Assembly (NCBI GenBank): GCA_964291265.2
Contig: OZ219747.1
Coordinates: forward strand, 3,712,001 to 3,776,000
DNA: 64,000 nt
DNA from: Alphaproteobacteria bacterium
GTDB taxonomy: Bacteria; Pseudomonadota; Alphaproteobacteria; SP197
Reading direction: 5' to 3'
The position numbers and the translations under genes were made by a program. Below are positions 53,135-64,000 of this stretch, piece by piece (position 1 is the stretch's first letter; each line of letters opens with the position of its first letter). Below the pieces are notes generated by a model, which was not told the origin of the DNA, did not search any database, and worked only from the letters and a program-made list of their open reading frames with translations.

Positions 53135-53192
53135 TCTTGAGCCTATGACCGGATCGTTTCGGTATCGACATATGTTCGAGAAGGAGACCGGG

Positions 53193-53417
53193 CATGAACG
53201 CTTACCCTGCTTCCACCATCACTCGGCACGCTGCCCCTTAGCTGTGCGTCTCGACGGCGCGTCAGGCCCAGTATGAGGCCTCCATTCCCGACCAGAAGCG
53301 ACAAGGCGAAGCCTATTGCGAGGCGCGAGGCCTGCAACTGGTCGAGGCCTTCATCGAACCCGGTGCGTCGGCGACCAATGATCGCCGTCCCGATCCAGCG
53401 TATGATCGAGGTGAAAA
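53193..53417 (+). pseudogene. Large serine recombinase N-terminal fragment
   Basis: VSTARQAQYEASIPDQKRQGEAYC...FIEPGASATNDRRP; frameshifted and cut by an IS. Confidence 0.7.
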
Positions 53418-54010
53418 GGGCGTGAGTCTGGCATGGCGATGTTGTGATCGCTCGGCTGATCCCGTTTATGCGGCGCGCTTGGGGGCGTAGCCGGGACAGT
53501 TGTTGTCGTTGGCCGGGGTATCGGCCTTGCCCATGAGGGCATTCCATGCGCGGTCGAAGCGTCCGGATTTGATGAGGGCGCGTACGGTGAGGACGGCCTG
53601 GCCGCCGTGGATGCGCCATCGCATGCCGGAGCGCTTCATTCAACCGTGTGACGAGTATTTTGTTGGCGGCCTCGACGACGCCCGAGCCGATGGCGACGCC
53701 GCGGTCGCTGAGGTGGCGGTATCGCATGCGCTTGCGGTGCTTGCGGAAGAAGGCGAGTTCGCGCTCGACGGCGTTGCGCGCGGCGCGGTTGCTGCCTGCC
53801 TTGTCGCGCAGATAGCGCAGCGCCCTTATGACCCTGGCGCTGCCATGCGGATCGTGTCGCAGGGTATGGCGACAAGTCTCGAACCAGTTGGGATCGACGG
53901 CATGGTCGGAGGCTGTGCGGAGATGCTCGCAGGCATGCCGGAAGTCGACGGCTTGCGCTTCGGGCGAGAGGCTCTCCAGGAAGGTCCGGTTGTCGGGGGC
54001 GCCGTCGGCT
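53418..54010 (-). pseudogene. ISKra4/ISLre2-like transposase remnant
   Basis: MRYRHL...IGSGVVEAANKILV; end GGGCGTGAG; frameshifts. Confidence 0.72.
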
Positions 54011-54232
54011 GTACCTGTCGCTCGGGCGGCGCATCATGTGAAGCGGAGCCATCTGTACCCCGTGACGCGGTATCATATTGATCTGTTGGGCAGCGTCGGC
54101 GACGCTGGAATGGTGGCACCGCGATCTACGGGATCCTTCCCCGCCCGAACCGTGTCGGCCAAGTATGCAGTGGTATTCGTAGAGCCGAGGCGGCAAACTG
54201 TATCCGCGTTGGCAGCCAGGGATTCAGACTAT

Positions 54233-55590
<1,358 letters not shown>

Positions 55591-57210
55591 CAGGGCTTTT
55601 CTTTTGTCGTCCCGGCGCTCGGCGCACGCAGGCTGATCTTTGGGGTGGACATCCCGTTTTCGCTGTGGCAGTGTGCCGGCATGACGATGCTTGCGACCCC
55701 GGATTCCCCTATCGACCTTCGCGAGGTGACGGTGCGCCCGACCCGTGGCGCACGTGAGCACCGGCTCTGGGATCGTCTGGTCAAGGAGCATCACTACCTG
55801 CGGTTTCACGGCATCATCGGCAAGGGCCTGCGCCATGTCGCCCTGCACGGCGAGACCTGGGTGGCGCTGGTCGGCTGGCAGCCGGGCTCGTTCAAGCTTG
55901 CTGCACGCGACCGCTGGATCGGCTGGACTGCGGAGCAGCAGTTCCGCCGCCTGCATCTGATCGCGAACAATTCCCGGTTCGTCATTCTTGGCCCGAGAGG
56001 GGTGCCGAACCTGGCGTCCCGCGTGCTCGGCCTGAGCCTTCGGCGGCTGTCCGCCGACATTGAGGCTGCGCACGGATACCCAGTGTTCCTCGCGGAGACG
56101 TTCGTCGACATCAAGCGCTTCGCCGGAACCTGCTATCGCGCGGCGAACTGGCGCTCGCTGGGATTGACGCGCGGCTTCGGTCGCAAGCCCGGCGGCGCCG
56201 CACGCTTCCGTCACCACGGCCAGCCCAAGGAGATCTTCATGTACGAACTGACCGACGATGCCGCCGAGGCGCTGAGCCGGGACGCGATCCCGGAGAGCTG
56301 GAACGCGGAGCAGCACGACCAAGCCGGACCGATGGCCGCGTCCGGGCTGCGCAGTCTGTTCGCCTGCCTGGGCGAGGTGCCCGAGTGCCGCAAGCCCCGG
56401 GGCAAGCGCTATCCGCTGAGAACCATTCTCGCGATCGCCGTCGCAGCCCGGCTCGCCGGCTACCGCGGCGTGAGCGCATTCGCTCAGTTCGCCGCCCTGC
56501 TCACCCAGGAACAGCTGGCGGCGGTGGGTGCGTTCTACAGCCCGTCGAAGAAGCGCTACACGGCGCCCACGTCCACAACCTTCCACAGCATCCTCGCCAA
56601 CCTGCCGCCCGAGACCCTGGACCACGCCATCGGCCTGTGGACGGCCCAGCAGGCCGGTGCAGACACACCGCTCGCCATGGACGGCAAGGACATCCGCGGC
56701 GCCTCCAGGCAGACCAAAAACGGGCGGCGGATGATGGTCGCAGCGGTCGAGCACGGAACCGGCATGGTCCTCGGCCAGGTCGAGGTCGACGCGAAGAGCA
56801 ACGAGATCCCCGCCGTGCGGGACCTCGCCAGCAGCATCGACGTCACGGGCCGCATCGTCACCCTGGACGCGATGCACGCTCAGCACGAGACCGCGCAACG
56901 GCTTCTCGAGCGCCGCGCCGACTATGTCATCACGGCGATCAAGGATAACCAGGAGACCATGCTCGACGACCTCAAGGCCATCGACTTCAAGGGCGCGGCT
57001 TCGTTCGAGACACTCGACAAGGGGCACGGACGCATCGAGCGCCGCCGCTGTGCCGTGGTCGACATCTCCGGCGCCGAGTGGGACGGCTACGCCGCTCTCC
57101 ACGGTCACCACCAAGCCATCCGCATCGAGCGCGAACGCGAGATCTGCAAGACCAAAGAACGCAGTGTCGAGACCACCTGGTGCCTCACCTCGCTCGCTCC
57201 CGAACGCGCC

Positions 57211-58986
57211 GTCGGGTAGGCCACTGGCGCGCGTATCCGTAGGCAGAGGCTTTGTCCGTCACCGCTCTTTCGATTGCGGGCGGGGTCGCAGTTCTCCCAT
57301 AGACCACGTTTCCAGCAGTCGGGTAGGCCGCTGGCGCGCGCATCCGTAGGCAGAGGCTTTGTCCGGCACCGCTCTTTCGATTGCGGGCGGGGTCGCAGAA
57401 CTACCATAGACCACGTTTCCAGCAGCCTCCCTAAAATTCCGTACGTCCGGTTTTCCCGGGTACGGCTTCAAGCATCAGGCACCCACTTGGAGTTCGGTGC
57501 GGAGCCTTCCGCCGAACACGCCATGGTCAAGGCTGACCCGACCATACCCACGGCATCTCCGAGCGTTTGCTCCGTCCTTCGACCTTGCAGTCTGTCGGTC
57601 GGTGCCGGTCTCTGAGTACCGACTTGACCTGCCGCATAAGCCACCTGAGCCCTGAGGTCCTCGCTCAGGACGGGTTGTGTTGTCCCGCCCGTCAACGCTT
57701 ACTCGACCTCATCCGCCAGTCAGGAGGACTCCGCGTCCTTTCCCAGTCCTGGTTATAGACGCGGTCCTTGACATTCAAGGGTCACTTCATCCTGTCTGTC
57801 CTCCTCACCTTCCGGCCTTTCACTGCTGTACTGTCCCGGATTGCCGTCGTCTCTACCACGGGGAACCCGATGCGTGCTCCCCAGTTCTTCCGCATCGACT
57901 CTGGCCACCAAGCTGGGGGCAGGCCCTTGGCGTTCCCAACACCCCACAAGTCAGCTTCATGTGGGAAATTTCATTTTCGAGGCTTCGTACAATCGTTCGC
58001 TTTCGCTACGGCCCTCCGGTTCGCTCGCCGCCCTGGCTGACCAGACCAACTGGACACTGCGTTCCAGCCAGCCCACAGCGGCTTCTACATCCCAGCTCGC
58101 TGGCCCAGGGTCACCCCTGTACCAGTGGGATATGCTACGGCGCCAAACTGGGAATTGCGCCGGCGGGACTTTCACCCGCAAGTACAGCAGCTAGACTCGC
58201 TGCACGCCCCCCTAAAATTCCGTACGTCCGGTTTTCCCGGGTACGGCTTCAAGCATCAGGCACCCACTTGGAGTTCGGTGCGGAGCCTTCCGCCGGACAC
58301 GCCATGGTCAAGGCTGACCCAACCATACCCACGGCATCTCCGAGCGTTTGCTCCGTCCTTCGACCTTGCAGTCTGTCGGTCGGTGCCGGTCTCTGAGTAC
58401 CGACTTGACCTGCCGCATAGGCCACCTGAGCCCTGAGGTCCTCGCTCGGGACGGGTTGTGTTGTCCCGCCCGTCAACGCTTACTCGACCTCATCCGCCAG
58501 TCAGGAGGACTCCGCGTCCTTTCCCAATCCTGGTTATAGACGCGGTCCTTGACATTCAAGGGTCACTTCATCCTGTCTGTCCTCCTCACCTTCCGGCCTT
58601 TCACTGCTGTACTGTCCCGGATTGCCGCCGTCTGTACCCCGGGGAACCCGATGCGTGCTCATCAGTTCTTCCGCATCGACTCTGGCCATCGGGCCGGATC
58701 CACGCCCTTGGCATTCCCGACCACCCCACAAATCAGCTTCGTGTGGGAGCATCATTTCGTGGCTTCATCCAATCGTTCGCTTTCGCTACGGCCCTCCGGT
58801 TTGCTCGCCGCCCTGGCTGACCGAACCGGCTGGGCACTGTGTCCCAGCCAGCCCACAACGGCTTTCTACGTCCCAGCTCGCTGGTCCAAGGTCGCCCCTG
58901 AACCAGTGGGATATGCTACGGCGCCAAACTGACAATTGCGCCGGCGGGACTTTCACCCGTAAGTACAGCAGCTAGACTCGCTGCAC
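57211..58986 (-). mobile_element. ORF-less group II intron A, copy 1 (888 nt: 58986-58206 + 57317-57211), split by intron B
   Basis: 5' GUGCAG; DV AAGCCGUACCCGGGAAAACCGGACGUACGGAAUU; extended DVI ending CCUACCCGAC. EBS1 GGAUCCG, EBS2 GAUGCU. Confidence 0.88.
57318..58205 (-). mobile_element. ORF-less group II intron B, copy 1 (888 nt), nested at the DV-DVI junction of A
   Basis: Complete GUGCAG...DV...CCUACCCGAC unit. EBS1 GCCCCC and EBS2 GAAAUU pair with the flanking intron A sequence. Confidence 0.88.
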
Positions 58987-60762
58987 GTCGGGTAGGCCAC
59001 TGGCGCGCGCATCCGTAGGCAGAGGCTTTGTCCGTCACCGCTCTTTCGATTGCGGGCGGGGTCGCAGTTCTCCCATAGACCACGTTTCCAGCAGTCGGGT
59101 AGGCCGCTGGCGCGCGCATCCGTAGGCAGAGGCTTTGTCCGGCACCGCTCTTTCGATTGCGGGCGGGGTCGCAGAACTACCATAGACCACGTTTCCAGCA
59201 GCCTCCCTAAAATTCCGTACGTCCGGTTTTCCCGGGTACGGCTTCAAGCATCAGGCACCCACTTGGAGTTCGGTGCGGAGCCTTCCGCCGAACACGCCAT
59301 GGTCAAGGCTGACCCGACCATACCCACGGCATCTCCGAGCGTTTGCTCCGTCCTTCGACCTTGCAGTCTGTCGGTCGGTGCCGGTCTCTGAGTACCGACT
59401 TGACCTGCCGCATAAGCCACCTGAGCCCTGAGGTCCTCGCTCAGGACGGGTTGTGTTGTCCCGCCCGTCAACGCTTACTCGACCTCATCCGCCAGTCAGG
59501 AGGACTCCGCGTCCTTTCCCAGTCCTGGTTATAGACGCGGTCCTTGACATTCAAGGGTCACTTCATCCTGTCTGTCCTCCTCACCTTCCGGCCTTTCACT
59601 GCTGTACTGTCCCGGATTGCCGTCGTCTCTACCACGGGGAACCCGATGCGTGCTCCCCAGTTCTTCCGCATCGACTCTGGCCACCAAGCTGGGGGCAGGC
59701 CCTTGGCGTTCCCAACACCCCACAAGTCAGCTTCATGTGGGAAATTTCATTTTCGAGGCTTCGTACAATCGTTCGCTTTCGCTACGGCCCTCCGGTTCGC
59801 TCGCCGCCCTGGCTGACCAGACCAACTGGACACTGCGTTCCAGCCAGCCCACAGCGGCTTCTACATCCCAGCTCGCTGGCCCAGGGTCACCCCTGTACCA
59901 GTGGGATATGCTACGGCGCCAAACTGGGAATTGCGCCGGCGGGACTTTCACCCGCAAGTACAGCAGCTAGACTCGCTGCACGCCCCCCTAAAATTCCGTA
60001 CGTCCGGTTTTCCCGGGTACGGCTTCAAGCATCAGGCACCCACTTGGAGTTCGGTGCGGAGCCTTCCGCCGGACACGCCATGGTCAAGGCTGACCCAACC
60101 ATACCCACGGCATCTCCGAGCGTTTGCTCCGTCCTTCGACCTTGCAGTCTGTCGGTCGGTGCCGGTCTCTGAGTACCGACTTGACCTGCCGCATAGGCCA
60201 CCTGAGCCCTGAGGTCCTCGCTCGGGACGGGTTGTGTTGTCCCGCCCGTCAACGCTTACTCGACCTCATCCGCCAGTCAGGAGGACTCCGCGTCCTTTCC
60301 CAATCCTGGTTATAGACGCGGTCCTTGACATTCAAGGGTCACTTCATCCTGTCTGTCCTCCTCACCTTCCGGCCTTTCACTGCTGTACTGTCCCGGATTG
60401 CCGCCGTCTGTACCCCGGGGAACCCGATGCGTGCTCATCAGTTCTTCCGCATCGACTCTGGCCATCGGGCCGGATCCACGCCCTTGGCATTCCCGACCAC
60501 CCCACAAATCAGCTTCGTGTGGGAGCATCATTTCGTGGCTTCATCCAATCGTTCGCTTTCGCTACGGCCCTCCGGTTTGCTCGCCGCCCTGGCTGACCGA
60601 ACCGGTTGGGCACTGCGTCCCAGCCAGCCCACAACGGCTTTCTACGCCCCAGCTCGCTGGTCCAAGGTCGCCCCTGAACCAGTGGGATATGCTACGGCGC
60701 CAAACTGACAATTGCGCCGGCGGGACTTTCACCCGCAAGTACAGCAGCTAGACTCGCTGCAC
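58987..60762 (-). mobile_element. ORF-less group II intron A, copy 2 (60762-59982 + 59093-58987), split by intron B
   Basis: 1776-bp tandem repeat of 57211-58986 with a few transitions; abuts the transposase 5' exon. Confidence 0.88.
59094..59981 (-). mobile_element. ORF-less group II intron B, copy 2
   Basis: Appears identical to 57318-58205 and uses the same insertion site. Confidence 0.88.
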
Positions 60763-61123
60763 GGACCCGAGATGCTTCTGGCCCTCGTGCGCGACCACTG
60801 GGTCATCGAAAATCGACTCCACTACGTACGCGACTTCACCTACGACGAGGACCGCTGCAGGGTCCATGTGCGCCATCTGCCACGCAACCTCTCCTGCCTG
60901 ACAAACGCCGCCATCGCCATCGTGCGCTGCGGCGGACATTTCGACTATATGCCCGAAGCCAACCGGCACTACGCCGCCCGCGCCCAGGACGCGCTCGACG
61001 CTATCCTCATCCCGCCCGGCGGATGAACCTTCGCTCCTGACCCCGCGCCACAAGCCGGGAACGCGCCGCCTGACGGCGCAACAGGACAGCTCTGTTCGCA
61101 CACTCGAAAAAACGTGCCTAGTA

Positions 61124-63552
61124 CTGCCCTTTAGTCATAAATCGTGCTGGACAAGATGATTCGGATGGTGCACCCTGCCCTGCATGGAAGCACACATTCC
61201 GATCAAACGTGTCCTTGAGGACCAGCTCGATCGCCTGCAGTCGATCGTCACCGAGAGCGGCGATAGTAGTCAAAACCGCCTGGCGCTGGAAGTGTGCCGG
61301 CACTTCGGCCTGCGGGACGCACGGGGACGCGAGCGGGTATCGAGCTGTGTCGTGGCCCTGAAGCAGCTGGCATCGCAGGGCAGGATCGAGGGCTTGCCGG
61401 AGCCCTCCGGTCAGCGGCGTCGGGCAACGCCCCGCCGGCTCGGCGAGGCGGTGGAGAAGCCGCGTGATGTGCCGGCGAGCGTGGCGGCGATCCAGGGTCT
61501 GCGGATCCTGCTGGTGCGCACGGATGCCGAACGGGCGCTCTGGAACGAACTGATGGCGCGGGAGCACTTTCTCGGCGCTCCCATTCTGGCCGGTCATCAG
61601 CTGCGCTATCTGGTGGATTCCGCTCACGGCTGTCTCGGCGGTTTCGGCTTTGCCGCAGCGGCGCTGAAGGTGGCGGATCGGGATGCCTGGATCGGCTGGG
61701 ATGCCGACCGGCGTCGTGCGGAGCGACACCGGGTGCTGTCGATGAGCCGGTTTCTGATCCGGGTGCCGGTTGCGAACCTTGCGTCGAAGACGCTGTCGAT
61801 GTGCCTGTCTCGCCTGGGCGCCGATGTTGCGCAGCGCTACGGGTTCCTGCCATGGCTGGTCGAGACCTATGTCGACCCGACGCGCGACGGTGCGAGCCTG
61901 CGGGCGGCGAACTGGCAGCTCGTGGGGTTCACCCGGGGCCGAGGCCGTCAGGACCGCGCGCGCGAGATGGCCGAGAGCGTCAAGGCCGTGTACATGTACG
62001 TTCTGGACCGGGACTGGCGGCACAAGCTGGGGGTGGCGGAGCCGATGCCGGCCCTGTCCCCGGGGGAGGGTCTGGACGCCTCGGCGTGGGCGCACCACGA
62101 GTTCGGGGGAGCGCCGATCGGCGACCGGCGTCTGAGTGCGCGCCTGGTGGAGATTGCACGAAGACAGGGAGAGAGTCCGATGTCGTCCTACAGCGGTCTG
62201 GCGCGCCCGGATCCTGCCGGTGTCCGGGCCTATTATCGGTTCCTGGATCAGCCGGAGACGTCGGCGGTGACCCCGGCGAACATCCTGGCGCCGCACCGTC
62301 AACGAACGGTGCAGCGGATGTGCGGCCAGCGGGTGGCGTTGTGCATTCAGGACGGGACGGACCTGAACTTCGCGACCCGTCCGGGCTGCGACGGTCTGGG
62401 CATCATCGGCACGAACCAGACGGCCTCGCAGACCCTGGGCCTGCACCTGCACGCCAGCTACGTTGTCAGCGGCGAAGGCCTGCCGCTGGGGGTGGCGCGT
62501 CTTGCCTTCGACGCTCCTCCCCGCCCCCGGGCAAAGACCGGTTCGGGCGAGGATGTCGAGATGTCCCGGCGCAAGTCGCAGCGCTGGCTCGACGGTCTCG
62601 ACGACATCGCGGACCTCGCGGCCCGGACGACCGGGGTGAAGGTCGTGTGCGTGATGGACCGGGAAGCGGACTTCTTCGAACTGTTCGACCGGTGCCGGCA
62701 GCATCGCCGTCTGTCGATGCTGGTGCGGGCTCGACATGACCGGGTTCTCAAGCGCGGGGCTGCGAAGCTGTTCACCCGACTACGTACGTCTGCCTGCCGC
62801 GGCACCATGCAGATCGACATACCCCGCCTGACGGCCCGGCCGAAGTCCTCGGGGCGCAAGAAGCAGCCCGGCCGCACTGCCCGGCGGAACGCGGTGCTGG
62901 AGTTGCGCTGGTTGTCGACCACGCTGCCGGCGACCGCTGGCTGCCCCGATGCCGCGCCCGTGGCCGTGACCGCGCTGCATCTCCTCGAGACGGCCCCGCC
63001 GGCCGGGGAAGCTCCGGTGGAATGGTTCCTGTTGACCGACCTTCCTGTGGACCACGCCGAAGCGGCCCAGGAGATCGTCGGCTGGTACGCGCTGCGCTGG
63101 CGGATCGAATGCTGGTTCCGGGTGCTGAAGTCCGGCTGCCGGGTGGAGCACCTGGCGACGCGCAAGGCCTGCCGCCTGGAACGGCAGATCACCATCCACG
63201 CCGTGATCGCCTGGCGTCTTGCCCTGATGACCCTGCTCGGGCGGGATGTGCCGACGATGAAGCCCGACTGCCTGTTCTCGGACCTGGAACTCCGCTTCCT
63301 CGGCGACTATGCCCGGCGATACCGGCTGGACCCGCCCGACACGCTGGGGGCGGCGGTGAAGCTGGTGGCGATCCTCGGCGGGTATCTGGACCGCAAGCAT
63401 GATCCGGCGCCGGGCAACCAGACGATGTGGCATGGCTATCCGCGACTGGCCACCGCTGCCCTGGCCTATGAATGCCTGCTCGAGGCCCTCGATCTGGATC
63501 CGACGTCGGAAGGACACGATCACGTCCTGCACGATTTGTGACTAATAGGTAG
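61124..63552 (+). mobile_element. IS4-family element with DUF4338-fused transposase
   Basis: IRs CTGCCCTTTAGTCATAAATCGTGC / CTACCTATTAGTCACAAATCGTGC; 8-bp TSD GCCTAGTA at 61116-61123 and 63553-63560. Confidence 0.88.
61184..63541 (+). CDS. DUF4338 (DruA-like) + IS4/Tn5-type transposase
   Basis: RDAWIGW, MSRFLI, VETYVD, RAANW; IQDGTDL, MDREAD, YALRWRIECWFRVLKSG. Paralog of 42057..44396. Confidence 0.88.
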   Translation: MEAHIPIKRVLEDQLDRLQSIVTESGDSSQNRLALEVCRHFGLRDARGRERVSSCVVALKQLASQGRIEGLPEPSGQRRRATPRRLGEAVEKPRDVPASVAAIQGLRILLVRTDAERALWNELMAREHFLGAPILAGHQLRYLVDSAHGCLGGFGFAAAALKVADRDAWIGWDADRRRAERHRVLSMSRFLIRVPVANLASKTLSMCLSRLGADVAQRYGFLPWLVETYVDPTRDGASLRAANWQLVGFTRGRGRQDRAREMAESVKAVYMYVLDRDWRHKLGVAEPMPALSPGEGLDASAWAHHEFGGAPIGDRRLSARLVEIARRQGESPMSSYSGLARPDPAGVRAYYRFLDQPETSAVTPANILAPHRQRTVQRMCGQRVALCIQDGTDLNFATRPGCDGLGIIGTNQTASQTLGLHLHASYVVSGEGLPLGVARLAFDAPPRPRAKTGSGEDVEMSRRKSQRWLDGLDDIADLAARTTGVKVVCVMDREADFFELFDRCRQHRRLSMLVRARHDRVLKRGAAKLFTRLRTSACRGTMQIDIPRLTARPKSSGRKKQPGRTARRNAVLELRWLSTTLPATAGCPDAAPVAVTALHLLETAPPAGEAPVEWFLLTDLPVDHAEAAQEIVGWYALRWRIECWFRVLKSGCRVEHLATRKACRLERQITIHAVIAWRLALMTLLGRDVPTMKPDCLFSDLELRFLGDYARRYRLDPPDTLGAAVKLVAILGGYLDRKHDPAPGNQTMWHGYPRLATAALAYECLLEALDLDPTSEGHDHVLHDL

Positions 63553-63677
63553 GCCTAGTAAGCCCTGATGCACCAGCAGTGCCCACTGAAACCAGCCCAC
63601 AGTGAACCCGGGCGCCTCAACCATGCCGGTCCCTGTCACATCAACAATCCACAGGACTGAAAAAAGAATGGTCCTGA

Positions 63678-64000
63678 CTGATGCGGGAGAGGTACGAGAT
63701 CGTGAGCGCGATGTTCCATGGTTTCGACTTCCGCAAGGACCTTGTCGGCTCGCCGCACTGGCCGGCGCCATCGAGTGGGTCCTCGCCATGCAGCAACGCG
63801 AGTCGGCCCGGGAAGCGACCGAGGACGGCAAGAAACACGCCCATCGCCGCTTCAACGACGCCGTGCTGGCGCTCTCCAGGGCCTTCGCGCTTGCGGCCGC
63901 CAGCGACGAAGCCCGGGAAATCCGCGACGAGGTGGGTTTCTTCCAGACCGTCCGTGCGGCGCTCGCCAAGACTGCGCCCGGCGCCGGCAAGTCTTCCGCG
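63678..64000 (+). pseudogene. hsdR: Type I RM HsdR C-terminal (DUF3387-like) fragment
   Basis: ERYEIVSAMFHGFDF, AGAIEWVL, LSRAFALAAASDEAREIRDEVGFFQTVRAAL. 5' part missing; frame change near 63755. Confidence 0.75.

Larger units (their letters stand above)
55681..61026 (+). pseudogene. DUF4338 + ISAs1 transposase (597 aa when joined; exons 55681-57210 and 60763-61026)
   Basis: HHYL, RDRWIGW, NNSRF, ETFVD, GTCYRAANW; MDGKDIRG, KSNEIPA, TLDAMH, IKDNQ, GHGRIERR; PERA|GPEM junction; HWVIENRLHYVRD. Confidence 0.88.
55591..63567 (+). mobile_element. ISAs1-family element (DUF4338 fusion) containing the intron array and an IS4 in its right end
   Basis: Left end CAGGGCTT; right end AAGCCCTG after removing the IS4. 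No TSD found. Confidence 0.7.

Noticed and set aside
57211-60762. Repeats as a CRISPR array, or the many short repeated ORFs as genes
   Set aside because: Repeat units are 107-1776 bp with no spacers or cas genes. The ORFs have no recognisable motifs and are explained by intron RNA.

Overview
GC-rich alphaproteobacterial (Rhodospirillales-like) genomic window in three parts. (1) 1-7 kb: a UGSC-family selenoprotein (in-frame TGA), a degenerate MBL-fold gene, and a small island with two paralogous hypothetical genes, IS remnants and an AbiE type IV TA pair. (2) 7-33 kb: core and metabolic genes (glycosyltransferase, ygfZ, HAD, ppdK, glyS, glyQ, GcvT-like, alaS, recA with LexA boxes, dksA, transporters, an ABC/deacetylase/SDR/amidase cassette). 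(3) 33-64 kb: a decaying defence/mobile island with TA pairs, tandem tyrosine integrases, MmeI and type I RM remnants, and nested IS elements (ISKra4, IS5, IS3, IS1634, IS66, ISAs1, IS4). Four of these IS elements, from three families, carry a DUF4338/DruA-like domain. The most striking structure is 57211-60762: four ORF-less 888-nt group II introns on the minus strand, arranged as two tandem twintrons inside an ISAs1 transposase. The outer intron's EBS1/EBS2 pair with the transposase exon. The inner sibling's EBS1/EBS2 instead pair with the outer intron's DV-DVI junction, and its own copy of that site carries a mismatch. An RT-encoding group II intron sits antisense in the IS66 transposase nearby. 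All calls come from reading the sequence and recalling protein families; no database searches were run.
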